64,000 nucleotides of DNA from a virus. The notes below the pieces were generated by a model. It was not told the DNA's origin. It saw only the letters and a list, made by a program, of their open reading frames with translations, and did no database searches. The stretch lies in IMG/VR virus record IMGVR_UViG_3300032082_001293, one strand, 5' to 3'. This document shows positions 54,103 through 63,062 of the stretch, piece by piece (position 1 is the stretch's first letter; every line of letters begins with the position of its first letter). The position numbers and the translations under genes were made by a program.

Positions 54103-54166
54103 TTTTTACTCCTGTATTGAATTTTGAGTTGCAGTTAATATATAGTACCAAATTAAATAATAAATG

Positions 54167-55873
54167 TCAAATAATTTTGCTGAAATTTTTAGATTTTGTA
54201 AACTCAATCTTTCTCTCAAACTTATTATCTAACAGTTCGCCTTTGTGAGAAATAATAAACACGTTCGTTTCATCATCAAGCGTGTCTAATATCTTCAACA
54301 AATTTTCTACACCATCAGCATCCAAACTTGAATCGAACGTTTCGTCTAGAATCAATAGGTTGGTTGCAACAGAGTTTTTCATTCTAGCCACCTGTCTCCA
54401 AGTGAAAAGTAATGCTAAGTCTATTCGTTGTTTCTCTCCCTCACTGAAAGACGAATAGGAAAAGACATCTCTGTGTCTTGAACGTATGGTCTCGTTGAAC
54501 CCCTCATCCAAGTCAAAGTGAACATAGAAGTCTAGGACTTGTAGGTATTGGTTTGTGAGTTTATTAATAACGGGCAAGTATTGTTTGATGATTTTGGTTT
54601 TGATGCCGGAGTCTTTGAGCATTTCTGTGATAACATTATTGTATTCCCGTTCCTCTGCGAGCTCCATTTTCCCCTGCACGAACGTCTCACGAGATCTTCG
54701 TAAATCTTCAAGCGTAGATTTTGCGGTTTGCAAACTATCCACGTGCATCCCCCCTGCGGATAGAGTATCTTGTAAACTTGCAATTCTGGCTTTGGTGGTT
54801 CTAATGTCACGCCTGTGCATTTCGACATCTTGAAACTCAGATGTTTCTTCACGCAAAAGGTTTTCATATTTTGTCATCTCATCGTATTGCGTTGATATTT
54901 GAAGTTCGAGTTTGAGTTTGGCGTCTTCGATTTCTCCCTTTGCGTCGATGGTTTCATTGATTTTTTTACTTTTGGTATCAGTGGTGATCTCTTGATCGCA
55001 GGTGGGACATGTGTCGTTATCCTCATAGAACGCTACATCCTTATCGAACTTCTTAATCTTCTGATCAAACTGAAAATCAAATTTCTCAAGTTTATCAATT
55101 TGTTTCTTGGTTGCAAACAGCAACTTCTCAACTTCTCGTAACTTGGTATCAGTATACCCATCAACGAGTTTCTCCAGGCGGGCCAACTCTGCTTGCTGCT
55201 CAATTAGTTCATCTTCATATTTACTTTTGGCAGATTCAGAGATTTTTTCTAGTTCAAAGATATGATCTTCTTGTGTATCTATCTTAGAATTAACTAAGTC
55301 CAGATTGTGTGAGTTCTCAACAACCTTTTCCTTAAGTACAGCAATCTTTTCTTTTAGAATAGTATTCATTTTAGAAAAGACATTAATATCCAGTAAGTCT
55401 TCAATAACATCCCTTCGATGTTGGGCTGGCAGTTGCATGAAAGGAATAAACGACGAACTACCCAACACTACGATTTGATGAAAGGATTTATGATTAAGTT
55501 TAAGAATGTTCTGTTCCAAAACTTTTTGATATTCTTTGGCATGGGAATCTTGATTTATCATCGTTCCATCTTGCCATATCTCAAACTTTGCGGGTTTTAT
55601 TCCACGAATGATTTTAAATTGTTGACCTAATGCTTCAAACTCGACTTCAACTAGGCAGTCTTTGTTGTTTACAGAATTAACCAATTGAGGTTTATTCACA
55701 TTACGATGTGCCTTACCGAACAGAACGAACGATAAGGCATCCAACATCGTTGACTTACCCGAACCATTCTGACCAACAATAAGAGTAGACTTGACCAACT
55801 CTAGGTTGATTGTTGTCCATTGGTCTCCAGTGGAAAGAAAGTTTTTATATTTCAGTTGTCGAAATTTAATCAT
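54167..55873 (-). CDS. gp46: recombination endonuclease ATPase subunit (T4 gp46, SbcC/Rad50-like)
   Basis: GQNGSGKS, CPTC hook, FSEGEK, ILDE. Confidence 0.97.
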   Translation of the reverse strand: MIKFRQLKYKNFLSTGDQWTTINLELVKSTLIVGQNGSGKSTMLDALSFVLFGKAHRNVNKPQLVNSVNNKDCLVEVEFEALGQQFKIIRGIKPAKFEIWQDGTMINQDSHAKEYQKVLEQNILKLNHKSFHQIVVLGSSSFIPFMQLPAQHRRDVIEDLLDINVFSKMNTILKEKIAVLKEKVVENSHNLDLVNSKIDTQEDHIFELEKISESAKSKYEDELIEQQAELARLEKLVDGYTDTKLREVEKLLFATKKQIDKLEKFDFQFDQKIKKFDKDVAFYEDNDTCPTCDQEITTDTKSKKINETIDAKGEIEDAKLKLELQISTQYDEMTKYENLLREETSEFQDVEMHRRDIRTTKARIASLQDTLSAGGMHVDSLQTAKSTLEDLRRSRETFVQGKMELAEEREYNNVITEMLKDSGIKTKIIKQYLPVINKLTNQYLQVLDFYVHFDLDEGFNETIRSRHRDVFSYSSFSEGEKQRIDLALLFTWRQVARMKNSVATNLLILDETFDSSLDADGVENLLKILDTLDDETNVFIISHKGELLDNKFERKIEFTKSKNFSKII

Positions 55874-56931
55874 ACGATTTCTAAGCTTTGCGCCTCAACC
55901 ATTAACTCGTGTACTTTATTTTTGATACGGTCCTTGTCTAAGTCAGTGTCAACCGCATCTATGTAAGTATACAACAATTTATCTGTCGATTCAATAGAAA
56001 TATTTTCGTCTTCAACTTGTGCTCCGGCAAAGTCCTGAAAGTTCTCAGCAATCTGTAATCCGTATATCTTCTTAGAATTAATACGGTCAATAAACTTTTC
56101 AAACTCAGCGGGTTTGGATTTATTAATCACAATTACCTTTACGAATTTGTTATCGAGATGCGATACCTTAGTAAGGGCTTGTTTGGATGTTGTATCATCA
56201 TACAAAATCTTTTCGAATATTGTAATCGGATTTTCTACAGCAGTTAGTTCTCGTGTGTCGGTATCGAACACATGGAAATATTTTTTGTCGTTACAGTCAG
56301 ACCAAAAGAATTCCATCTGTGAACCAAGGTAGTGAATGTTGTTATTCTGAGACTTTGTGTGAAAGTGACCGGACAATACCATGTCAAACTTTGAGAATAA
56401 ACCAGCGTCCATGCCATCTGTGCAGGGAATACCCATCTGCATATCAAATCCATTTAACTCTAGATGTGCACCGCAGATATCAGCTTTACAAGTCGCAATG
56501 AAATCTCTTACACGTTTCTCGTTCTCGTTATTAATCCAAGGGAGCAACGCAACTTTACATCCGTCATAGTCAACCACTTCGGGTTCTTCGATGATACGAA
56601 CTTCCGACATATAATGACCAAGAAGTTCTTTCAAAGCATTTAATCGATTGGTATTCTTGAAGTAACAATCGTGATTGCCCGGAATAATATCCATATGAAT
56701 ACCATAGTCCCTGAGTTTGTCAAGGAATATTCTTCGATTGTGATGTAACGCTTTAAAATTAATCGAAGTACGGTTTTCATAATAATCTCCAAGATGGAGA
56801 ATCTTTTTGATATTATGTTCCTTTAGATACGGAAAGAAAACATCGGTATAGAACCGTGATTGATATTCCATAAAAATTTCAGAAGAGTTTCGAATACCAC
56901 AATGGGTATCATTCAGTATTGCGATTTTCAC
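55870..56931 (-). CDS. gp47: recombination endonuclease subunit (T4 gp47, SbcD/Mre11-like)
   Basis: DTH.G, GD, GNHD, HLE, SGHFH. Confidence 0.96.
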   Translation of the reverse strand: MKIAILNDTHCGIRNSSEIFMEYQSRFYTDVFFPYLKEHNIKKILHLGDYYENRTSINFKALHHNRRIFLDKLRDYGIHMDIIPGNHDCYFKNTNRLNALKELLGHYMSEVRIIEEPEVVDYDGCKVALLPWINNENEKRVRDFIATCKADICGAHLELNGFDMQMGIPCTDGMDAGLFSKFDMVLSGHFHTKSQNNNIHYLGSQMEFFWSDCNDKKYFHVFDTDTRELTAVENPITIFEKILYDDTTSKQALTKVSHLDNKFVKVIVINKSKPAEFEKFIDRINSKKIYGLQIAENFQDFAGAQVEDENISIESTDKLLYTYIDAVDTDLDKDRIKNKVHELMVEAQSLEIV

Positions 56932-57086
56932 CAGTTATGCACCACGTTTGCCATTATAAAAAAACACGTAAGAAAATTAACCCCCACAATAATAGTGCGT
57001 AGGAGTGCAACATAATTATCGTAAGGTTCCGTCTTATCATCAGAGAATCCACCAAGGGCGTACTTCCAAATAGTCCAGAGTTTCAT
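56928..57086 (-). CDS. small membrane protein, 52 aa
   Basis: Manual ORF MKLWTIWKYALG...FIMANVVHNW. Confidence 0.65.
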   Translation of the reverse strand: MKLWTIWKYALGGFSDDKTEPYDNYVALLRTIIVGVNFLTCFFIMANVVHNW

Positions 57087-57089
57087 ATA

Positions 57090-57695
57090 TTATACCAAAA
57101 AATCTGAAAGATCGGAATCAGCGTGTCGGGTTCTCTTCTTTCGTTCTTTCTTTGAATACTCTTTTATAGCCTCATCACTTTCTTTCACTGCGTCAATACG
57201 TTCACGCAGGTCATCAATGAATGCCTGTGTTTGTTTTGCAGCTGGGTTGTTCTCAAATTCTTCTGCGACCAGTTGTTCCAAACCTGTTTCAGATAAGTAT
57301 CGAAGTTTGATATCTTGTTGTTTCTTTTCTTTCTGAATCCTACGCAGGAATGCGTACCACGAAATCTGTGTAAAGTATGCGAACGCATTTGGTTTACCAG
57401 TACGTGTAGCGGTCTCTATGTTGTAGTTATCAATCGCCTTGAGACAGTTCTCTACAGCATCCATCACCATCTCTTCACGATAGGTGTAACGAACAAAGTT
57501 TGCCTTGTGTGATAAACCCTCAGCAATTTTTAGAAAACATCGGGCGATGTAATCTGGAATCATAGGCTTAGGTTTTCCACGTGCTACAAATTCATTTGCA
57601 CTCTTTACATGGTCCACAACCGCTTGGGAAAACTGTGCGTTGTTTACGTAATGTGGTTTTTCTTCTTTCTTCATATAACAAATCTCATAAATCAA
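57090..57695 (-). CDS. gp55: late-transcription sigma factor (T4 gp55)
   Basis: HYVNN, CF.KIAEGLS.K.NF..Y, AFAYFTQI...AFLRRI.KEK. Confidence 0.95.
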   Translation of the reverse strand: MIYEICYMKKEEKPHYVNNAQFSQAVVDHVKSANEFVARGKPKPMIPDYIARCFLKIAEGLSHKANFVRYTYREEMVMDAVENCLKAIDNYNIETATRTGKPNAFAYFTQISWYAFLRRIQKEKKQQDIKLRYLSETGLEQLVAEEFENNPAAKQTQAFIDDLRERIDAVKESDEAIKEYSKKERKKRTRHADSDLSDFLV

Positions 57696-57815
57696 AACAT
57701 AAATTAATTATTACATAAAATTTTTTTCTTATCAAGCTTGACTTTTTAAAAAAAATATGTTACCCTAAAGCTTAACACGCCAGGGATAATATACCTAATG
57801 ATTAGGTGTATATAC

Positions 57816-58265
57816 CTAATGAATTAAGGGTGGAAATGGAATGATATTACTGGGTTTATCGGAATCTGAACTTCCTTCCATATCTTTTTTTGTTAGTTCT
57901 AAAAGGTAATCAGCAAGTTTTTGATATTTTCTTTTTCTCTCATAAGAGTATTCTTCACGTCGGTCATCACCAGACTCATTCATATCTTTAACAGCAACAT
58001 CGTATTGGTATACCAAATATTCTGTAGGTTCAGCAGTTGAGATAATGTGGTCTGAATTAATTATAATTAAATCTTCAGTAAGTTCTTGATAATGCATCCA
58101 AGGCTTGAACATATATATTCTTTGTTCATTACTGTGCATCCAAACAATTTCCATACAATTACGAACAACAATTTCAGAAAAATTTTCTTCAGCCCATTCA
58201 ATTACATCACAAACAATTTCTTGTCCGTTTGTTAAAATAAATTGTTTTACATTTCTTTTTTTCAT
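57816..58265 (-). CDS. conserved T4-like hypothetical protein (Sm-like)
   Basis: KQF.LTNG.EI.C; syntenic between uvsW and 55. Confidence 0.6.
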   Translation of the reverse strand: MKKRNVKQFILTNGQEIVCDVIEWAEENFSEIVVRNCMEIVWMHSNEQRIYMFKPWMHYQELTEDLIIINSDHIISTAEPTEYLVYQYDVAVKDMNESGDDRREEYSYERKRKYQKLADYLLELTKKDMEGSSDSDKPSNIIPFPPLIH

Positions 58266-59770
58266 CAGATTTTTATTTCATGCATCTTATAAGGAAACTC
58301 TTCAGAATTATATATCTTAACTCTTTCAGCGCTGTGTCTCAAGGTGAAGTTTGGTTTTCCTCTGCTACGCAAGTCATCCGCAACATCGTATAGTTTAGTT
58401 GTTCTTCCGTCATCGGAGACTCGCAAACCTCTTCCAATCGATTGTAAGACTCGTATTTGTGATTTACTAGGACTAGCGAATATAATGTTATGGATATTAC
58501 GAATGTTGATACCAGTACTGAAGGTTCCCAAGGATGCAAGAACAATTGAGTTAGTTTGTTTTTCAACAATTTTCCTAACGGCCTCTCTGTCGTTTGTTTT
58601 CGTTTCGCCTGACACGTAAAATAATCTTCGTCCATCATCTAATTTATTCTCAATCAACTCTCTTAGAACTTTACCATGTTTCTCTACTAAATTAAATAAA
58701 ACTAGTGTGTTACCGTCAAGACTACAAGCAAGATTGCGAAGAAAACGGTTTCTAGCTTCACATGTAACTAAGAAATCAATTTCCTCTTGATAGGTAATGT
58801 TAGAAAGTTTTTCTCTAATTTCTTTATCGTATTTAAGTAACAGTATATCTATATCTAACTTTGCTAGAGTTTTTTGTTCTTGAAGTTTTGCTGTAGTGGT
58901 CACTTTGTGTACAGGCCCAAATAAACCTTCAAGTACCATCTTGTTTGTTTGAGTACCGTCTAAAGTTCCAGTTGTGCCAAATCGATACTCAGCGTTAACT
59001 GCTTTGTTCATAATAGAGGAAAGAGATTTGGCTTTAAACCCGTGACACTCATCTCCAATCACCATACCGAACTTTTCGAACCAACGTGGACCTAGTTTAT
59101 GAATTGACTGCCACGTACTAATCATTACAGATTTTTCGGTGTCTTTATCTTTACCGGAATAAATGAGATGACAATTATTTTCGGCATCAAAGTTATAACT
59201 ATTAAAGTCGGAATACATCTGTTCCACCAGACTAGTAGTTGGAACAATCAACAAAACTTTTTTATCTTTATATCGGTCAAGATACCATCTAAGAAGAAGA
59301 TAGATGATAAAAGATTTACCGGAACCTGTAGGAGACACCAGAACACTTCTTTTATTTTCTAATGCATGTATGAAGGCATCATACTGATAGTCACGAGGCA
59401 TAAACGGCAGATTGATTTTTTCAATCCATCGCATAAGGTCCATATGGTTTAGTTTGTTTTTAGTGCCAGGCCATCCATAAGGCGTTTCTTCATATTTCAA
59501 CGGTACGCCTTTTCGATAGACAAACTTTTCTATTTCTGATAGAAGACCGGCATTGATTTCGCCGTTCATACGATTCAACAGATGAATCTTACCATCCCAC
59601 CTTCGTGATTTAAATGCGGGCATGTATTTTGCGCCTGGCACGTCAAAAGAAAAATAATCATACAACTCCTGAGCCAGTGAAGTTTCACACTCCACTAACT
59701 GTAACATCGCATGATTTTTTAACTTCAACTTAATCACATTAGAAACCAGCTTCAAACTTCTTATAGTCAA
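58265..59770 (-). CDS. uvsW: DNA helicase UvsW
   Basis: RDYQ, SPTGSGKS, DECH, GTTGT, QSIGRGLR. Confidence 0.97.
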   Translation of the reverse strand: MTIRSLKLVSNVIKLKLKNHAMLQLVECETSLAQELYDYFSFDVPGAKYMPAFKSRRWDGKIHLLNRMNGEINAGLLSEIEKFVYRKGVPLKYEETPYGWPGTKNKLNHMDLMRWIEKINLPFMPRDYQYDAFIHALENKRSVLVSPTGSGKSFIIYLLLRWYLDRYKDKKVLLIVPTTSLVEQMYSDFNSYNFDAENNCHLIYSGKDKDTEKSVMISTWQSIHKLGPRWFEKFGMVIGDECHGFKAKSLSSIMNKAVNAEYRFGTTGTLDGTQTNKMVLEGLFGPVHKVTTTAKLQEQKTLAKLDIDILLLKYDKEIREKLSNITYQEEIDFLVTCEARNRFLRNLACSLDGNTLVLFNLVEKHGKVLRELIENKLDDGRRLFYVSGETKTNDREAVRKIVEKQTNSIVLASLGTFSTGINIRNIHNIIFASPSKSQIRVLQSIGRGLRVSDDGRTTKLYDVADDLRSRGKPNFTLRHSAERVKIYNSEEFPYKMHEIKI

Positions 59771-60182
59771 TCATATTCTTAATGGTCTGATGTCGCCAGT
59801 TAAGATTGTTAATAATTTCAGATAGTGTATCTATCACAGTTTTAATGTATTGAATTTTTGCTTCGGATTGTTGAAGTTCAGGGTCACTCTCATAGTAGTG
59901 TTCCATTTCACCTTTCAGAATCTTTAGACCATTGAAGGGGTCTGGGTCCCAACCTTTTTCTTCTATTGACTTTTGGTCTAACTTTCCATTATAATATAAC
60001 CACTTATCTTTCAGAAGGATTTTCTGTTTGAACTCCGCATCTTTCATCTTTAACTTAGCATCAGCTAGAATAGACAAATACTTAGAATGTAGTGCGGGAG
60101 TGTTACGAGATGTTTCATCTAGGTGTGCTGAAGGAATTTTACTATCCTCTTCCCACATAGACAAGATATCTTTTAAATCCAT
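59739..60182 (-). CDS. uvsY: recombination mediator UvsY
   Basis: W.EDS, LHSKY, KW.YY.GK, IKN.ID..KF. Confidence 0.9.
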   Translation of the reverse strand: MDLKDILSMWEEDSKIPSAHLDETSRNTPALHSKYLSILADAKLKMKDAEFKQKILLKDKWLYYNGKLDQKSIEEKGWDPDPFNGLKILKGEMEHYYESDPELQQSEAKIQYIKTVIDTLSEIINNLNWRHQTIKNMIDYKKFEAGF

Positions 60183-60186
60183 TGTG

Positions 60187-60239
60187 TTGACTTCCTAGTA
60201 ATTTTCTGGTATTATACCACACTTAACTAGGAGATTCAA
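60187..60239 (-). promoter_or_regulatory. uvsY promoter embedded in an imperfect hairpin
   Basis: TTGAAT-N17-TATAAT; arms TCCTAGT/ACTAGGA. Confidence 0.6.
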
Positions 60240-60240
60240 G

Positions 60241-60738
60241 TTATAGTAATTCGAAATAGGAGTACCTAAAACCAGCACTAAATGTTAGGGGTGAAATTTC
60301 TGTGTTTGTTGCAGCAAATTCGATACCTGTTACGTTGACAGGAAACGCATTGACATAACGAATTTGTTTCTTTGCATTGTTGTGACTAGAAAGAATGGTT
60401 ACTGTAATATCAGCTTCAGAACCAATACCAGATAAAAGAGTTCCAGCTGAGGTTTTATATTCATCATTGACAATACGATTCAACCAAGCAAACATTTCTT
60501 CGTATGATTTCATATCTTCATCAACTAGGAAAGTGAACTGCACTTCATCAAACAATATTTTATCCCCAATGATGGGCACATTCCTTCTCTGGTATGGTGC
60601 CTCTACTTCCGAGACAGAGACGCTAGGGTGTGATACGGACTGTGCAAAGTACTGGATATTAGGATAGTTCTCCTTAGAGATAGAGACCGCAAATCCAGTA
60701 GGTTGAAGATAGTTAATGTTGCTTGTCAGTTCTGCCAC
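60241..60738 (-). CDS. tail tube terminator / gp3-gp19-like protein
   Basis: N.L.P.GF, QSV..PS, F.FLVDEDM..YEE, FP, F.Y..F; follows gene 23. Confidence 0.8.
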   Translation of the reverse strand: MAELTSNINYLQPTGFAVSISKENYPNIQYFAQSVSHPSVSVSEVEAPYQRRNVPIIGDKILFDEVQFTFLVDEDMKSYEEMFAWLNRIVNDEYKTSAGTLLSGIGSEADITVTILSSHNNAKKQIRYVNAFPVNVTGIEFAATNTEISPLTFSAGFRYSYFELL

Positions 60739-60765
60739 GGTATGTAAACCTTTAATCGTTTCTTC

Positions 60766-60773
60766 TATTTATA
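60766..60773 (-). promoter_or_regulatory. T4-type late promoter
   Basis: TATAAATA upstream of gp3-like gene. Confidence 0.8.
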
Positions 60774-60775
60774 CC

Positions 60776-60804
60776 TTGACACACTGGTAAAAATGCTATA
60801 TACT
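60776..60804 (+). promoter_or_regulatory. sigma70-like promoter
   Basis: TTGACA-N17-TATACT upstream of 60832..61962. Confidence 0.8.
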
Positions 60805-60831
60805 ATTCCTATTGTTTGAGAATTTATTTTT

Positions 60832-61962
60832 ATGATTTTATCCAAATCCGATGCTTACTACGCAGCAAATGTGTTCGAAGAGTTCTTTAGTAACTTCGAA
60901 CGTATTGATGATTATATGCGTACTGTTAAAATGGAACGCATGGAATCTTTTCCACATTCACTTCCAGGCATGGGCCCTGAGAGTGACCTTTTCAGTAACT
61001 TCAATATTCACCCGAACGATATGAACATTGGATTTTATGAATGTTCACAAGAAAAATTTATGCGTTACATGGAGATTACTACCTCGGCTCCTGTAGAGGC
61101 AAGTATCCCAGGCAAACAAATGTTATGGATAGTAACTGAAAAAAATACTGACACTATTATCGGTATGATTCGTTTCGGTTCACCAACAATAAACTCTCGT
61201 CCACGCAACGAATGGTTGGGCGGTCCTCTTGATACAATGAATCCTGATGTGATGAAACGATTTAACAAATCTGTTATTATGGGTTTCAACATTGTACCTA
61301 CACAACCGTTTGGGTTCAACTATCTTGGTGGTAAATTACTGGCAGCGATTTGTTGTTCTCACACTGTACGTGAAGCACTGAATAAAAAATACGATGCGAA
61401 CATTTGTATGTTCGAAACAACTTCTTTGTATGGTTCTACCAAAGCTGCCTCGCAGTATGATGGTATGAAACCACTACTAAGGTTTAACGGTCTGACAGAC
61501 TCAAACTTCGCGCCATTGATAAATGATGATAATTTTCGTAAGTTAAACGAATGGTTTAGAAAACGAAATGATGGTGAATCCTTGGTACCTGCTGATGCAT
61601 CCTCTCGCAAGTTAAAGACCCAGACCAAGATGGTAGGTATCATCAAAGCCTCTCTCAAACAATATGATGAAACTGCCTATGCGAAGTTCTGTCAGACCTT
61701 CTCTGATGCCAAAGGATTGACTGAAAAGAAGCGTTCTTTTTATTCAACCTACGGGTATGACAATGTGCCACAGTATCTCAACATGGAGACAGACACATTG
61801 GTTAAGAAGGATAACTTTGATCGCTTTGAACTTGAGTCAGTCATTGACTGGTGGCGTAACAAGGCGGGCAAACGTTATGAGTCTCTGAAGTCAGACGGTA
61901 GACTGCGTTCCGTTGTGGAGACTTGGAATACTAACGCAGAAGGCATAGACATCATAAGATGA
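60832..61962 (+). CDS. DUF4338-like (Mom/GNAT-related) protein
   Basis: PG, IG.I..GSP, R..W.G, P.QPFG.NYLGGKLLA, TTSLYG...QY. Confidence 0.7.
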   Translation: MILSKSDAYYAANVFEEFFSNFERIDDYMRTVKMERMESFPHSLPGMGPESDLFSNFNIHPNDMNIGFYECSQEKFMRYMEITTSAPVEASIPGKQMLWIVTEKNTDTIIGMIRFGSPTINSRPRNEWLGGPLDTMNPDVMKRFNKSVIMGFNIVPTQPFGFNYLGGKLLAAICCSHTVREALNKKYDANICMFETTSLYGSTKAASQYDGMKPLLRFNGLTDSNFAPLINDDNFRKLNEWFRKRNDGESLVPADASSRKLKTQTKMVGIIKASLKQYDETAYAKFCQTFSDAKGLTEKKRSFYSTYGYDNVPQYLNMETDTLVKKDNFDRFELESVIDWWRNKAGKRYESLKSDGRLRSVVETWNTNAEGIDIIR

Positions 61963-61976
61963 CTATATACTAATAT

Positions 61977-61995
61977 GAGATACATGTTGTATCTC
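61977..61995. repeat. palindrome/hairpin
   Basis: GAGATAC-ATGTT-GTATCTC between the two plus-strand genes. Confidence 0.6.
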
Positions 61996-62022
61996 TACTA
62001 AAAATAATACAAGGAGTATTAT

Positions 62023-63012
62023 ATGCGTAAGAGCACTAAACATAGTGAAGTCTCAGGTGAGCTCGCTAACCTAAAGGGTACAGTCCGTATCCAAGACATT
62101 ATCGATGCGATTCTCCGTATCGAAAACTTCAAGACCAAGACCCTAGCTGGTATGATCTCAAATGCAGTTTATGACCCTAAAGAAGTGGGTGTGGTTGCAA
62201 TCGATGAGATTTGGGTTGACATGACGTATCAACGTATTGTCCGTTTGAAGAAACTCATCAACAAACTTCAAAAGATGAACGGGTTTGATCCATACTCAGC
62301 TGGAGTAGTGGACATCGCAATCCGGCCGTCCGGAAAGAAGTTTTGTTGGGACGGTCTCCGCCGTATTATCATGGCGGGTCTGTGTGGTTTGACTCACATC
62401 AAGACTTCACAGTTGGTACACAAACAGTTTATGACTGACCTAGATTGCCAAAAAGAAGAAGCGCGTTACTTCAAGTCACGTAACGCTGATCAGGAGTCTA
62501 TGAAAGCAGAAGAAATTTTTAAGTCTGAGGTTGTCTTTGGTGATCCGGATGCTCTAAAACTTTTGAACGTTTTCAAAAACTGTGAACTTGACGTAGAGGG
62601 ACTAAACCCAATTGGAAAGTCTTTGGGTGGTTTTGTTGAAGTCAAGACCAATTATTTCCGAAAGGACGGTATACCCGAAGAGTACTTCATTGAGTCTTCT
62701 CGTATCATTCAAAAAGTTTATGATAGAGAACCAACCGTTTCCGGTTATTTACTTACAGGTCTTGCATATCTTTTAATGAAGAACGAAGATGTCGATCATT
62801 CTTACAGTATTGATGAGATTGTAGAAAGTTTGGTAAATTTCAAACGTACCAATCCAAAACAAACTAATCTTATTAAGGGACGTTTGGCTGGCAATGCACG
62901 TGCAAGTATTGCATACTTAATTACTAGACGAGCATTAAATGATAATAATGGGTTGTTAAACTCTATAGGTCTTGATGATGAGACTATGGAAATAATCGAT
63001 CAAGCTGCATAA
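62023..63012 (+). CDS. ParB/Srx-like (DUF6551-like) N-domain protein
   Basis: VD..YQR, WDGLRR (DG.HR-like). Confidence 0.6.
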   Translation: MRKSTKHSEVSGELANLKGTVRIQDIIDAILRIENFKTKTLAGMISNAVYDPKEVGVVAIDEIWVDMTYQRIVRLKKLINKLQKMNGFDPYSAGVVDIAIRPSGKKFCWDGLRRIIMAGLCGLTHIKTSQLVHKQFMTDLDCQKEEARYFKSRNADQESMKAEEIFKSEVVFGDPDALKLLNVFKNCELDVEGLNPIGKSLGGFVEVKTNYFRKDGIPEEYFIESSRIIQKVYDREPTVSGYLLTGLAYLLMKNEDVDHSYSIDEIVESLVNFKRTNPKQTNLIKGRLAGNARASIAYLITRRALNDNNGLLNSIGLDDETMEIIDQAA

Positions 63013-63035
63013 AAAAAGGGGCACCGAAGTGCCCC
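63011..63035 (-). terminator. rho-independent terminator after gene 23
   Basis: GGGGCAC-TTCG-GTGCCCC-T7. Confidence 0.9.
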
Positions 63036-63062
63036 AAATTTTTATAACTATCGTTATTTTTA

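Noticed and set aside
228-63035. Recurring GGGCAC/GTGCCC hairpins as a dispersed repeat family
   Set aside because: Adequately explained as ordinary T4-style intrinsic terminators
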